16,857 nucleotides of DNA from Candidatus Micrarchaeota archaeon (GTDB lineage: Archaea > Micrarchaeota > Micrarchaeia > Norongarragalinales > UBA8480): the NCBI GenBank assembly GCA_043805855.1, contig JAZDHP010000046.1, forward strand, positions 1 to 16,857. Reading direction: 5' to 3'. Shown one piece after another: positions 15,895 to 16,857 of the stretch. The stretch's first letter is position 1. Each line of letters starts with the position of its first letter. The notes beneath the pieces are model-generated. The model searched no databases. It had not been told where the DNA came from and saw only the letters and a program-made list of their open reading frames with translations. The translations under genes were made by a program, and so were the position numbers.

Positions 15895-16323
15895 TTAACT
15901 CTTTGGTGCGGGCCCAATAAGCGTAGCTAATTTTGTAAGCATCGCACGCCCACGCACGGTACGTTTAACGTTTTCAAAAGGTCCTCGCTGGTTGGAAAGA
16001 TAAGTTTGCCTCAGCCGCACAGCACCATTCATAGGACTAATCCCAATAACCCATTCAGTAGCTTTACTAGTGCGTGAGTCTAAAACAATTCGGCAATGAC
16101 CAGGAGAAATTTCAGAGTAATTTTTACCAAAAGCGGCTTTTAACGCAGGCATAACGCCACGAGTAACAACTGCACCGTCGGTTTCAGGATGCAAACGCAA
16201 ATTTAAAACAAACTCATGCTTCTTAATCGGAGCTTTCAAATGAGGGCCTAGCAAACGCACAGTGTGAAACTCAACACTGTGAACCGGAACAACGTCATGA
16301 ATTACTTTAACAATACGCTCCAT
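15895..16323 (-). CDS. Hypothetical basic protein
   Basis: 142-aa ORF with AGGTG RBS upstream of the ATG. No recognisable motif. Confidence 0.65.
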   Translation of the reverse strand: MERIVKVIHDVVPVHSVEFHTVRLLGPHLKAPIKKHEFVLNLRLHPETDGAVVTRGVMPALKAAFGKNYSEISPGHCRIVLDSRTSKATEWVIGISPMNGAVRLRQTYLSNQRGPFENVKRTVRGRAMLTKLATLIGPAPKS

Positions 16324-16493
16324 TGCAACAAAACACCTAACAAATAAAAGAAATTAACAGGTTAAAAACTAACACTACAACCTAAAAAGAAACTTTTTAA
16401 CGCACTGACAAACCACAACCCATTGCGTTTAACCAAAATCGACCGACCTATTTTTAAAATAAAACATATTACTAAAACGTGAGAGGAAAAAAT

Positions 16494-16857
16494 ATGGTCA
16501 CTATCCAAAGCCCAGCAAATAGTTTAGCTAAACGCCTTCATGAATTCCTAGCAACGGAAGAAGGAAAATCACTTATGAAAGAACACGGGCTACGTAGATC
16601 GCGAGGCCTCATTACCCGAGCAGTGGAAAGAGTAGGAGCAGATATGACTAATGCAGCGACTAAGCGCGGTTCTCCAAAATTAACTGATTACCGGACTCAC
16701 ATAAGCTTTCATAAACGCGGCTTGAAAGGCGCATTTGTTCTAAGCGGTACAATACACATCGGCAAAAACGCAGTTTCAAGTATCGGCCCAAAAATAGAAC
16801 CCTTCACCACAGCACTAGCTGATCGACTTAACGTAAGACGCGTAGAATACCGCGACT
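16494..16857 (+). CDS. Hypothetical protein, truncated at the window end
   Basis: Not in the ORF track. ATG 16494 follows GAGAGGA and a TTTTTAAA element at 16451. Translates as MVTIQSPANSLAKRLHEFLATEEGKSLMKEHG... and stays open to base 16857. Confidence 0.7.
   Translation, partial: MVTIQSPANSLAKRLHEFLATEEGKSLMKEHGLRRSRGLITRAVERVGADMTNAATKRGSPKLTDYRTHISFHKRGLKGAFVLSGTIHIGKNAVSSIGPKIEPFTTALADRLNVRRVEYRD

Overview
Gene-dense archaeal chromosomal segment. It is most likely from a DPANN lineage such as Micrarchaeota, inferred from gene content, short intergenic spacers and tRNA intron style, and not checked against databases. Housekeeping genes are an Obg/YchF-family NTPase (partial), RFC large subunit, type IA DNA topoisomerase, Cdc48/VAT AAA+ ATPase, an N-truncated NFACT-R (Rqc2-like) protein and an M50 site-2 protease. 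Cell-surface genes are two class III signal-peptide pilins facing four coupled pilin-like genes, a thioredoxin/GILT-like protein and a secreted transglutaminase-like protein. Several orphan ORFs are also present. The most striking feature is absent from the ORF track: a minus-strand tRNA-Gly(GCC) at 14001-14173 whose T-loop is split by two non-canonical BHB-type introns (53/54 and 59/60) around a 6-nt micro-exon. Its first 10 nt also carry the stop codon of the upstream protein gene. Other candidate systems are apparently leaderless pilin-like proteins and a topA/NFACT-R/cdc48/membrane protein/site-2 protease quality-control cluster. No CRISPR array, rRNA or mobile element was seen.
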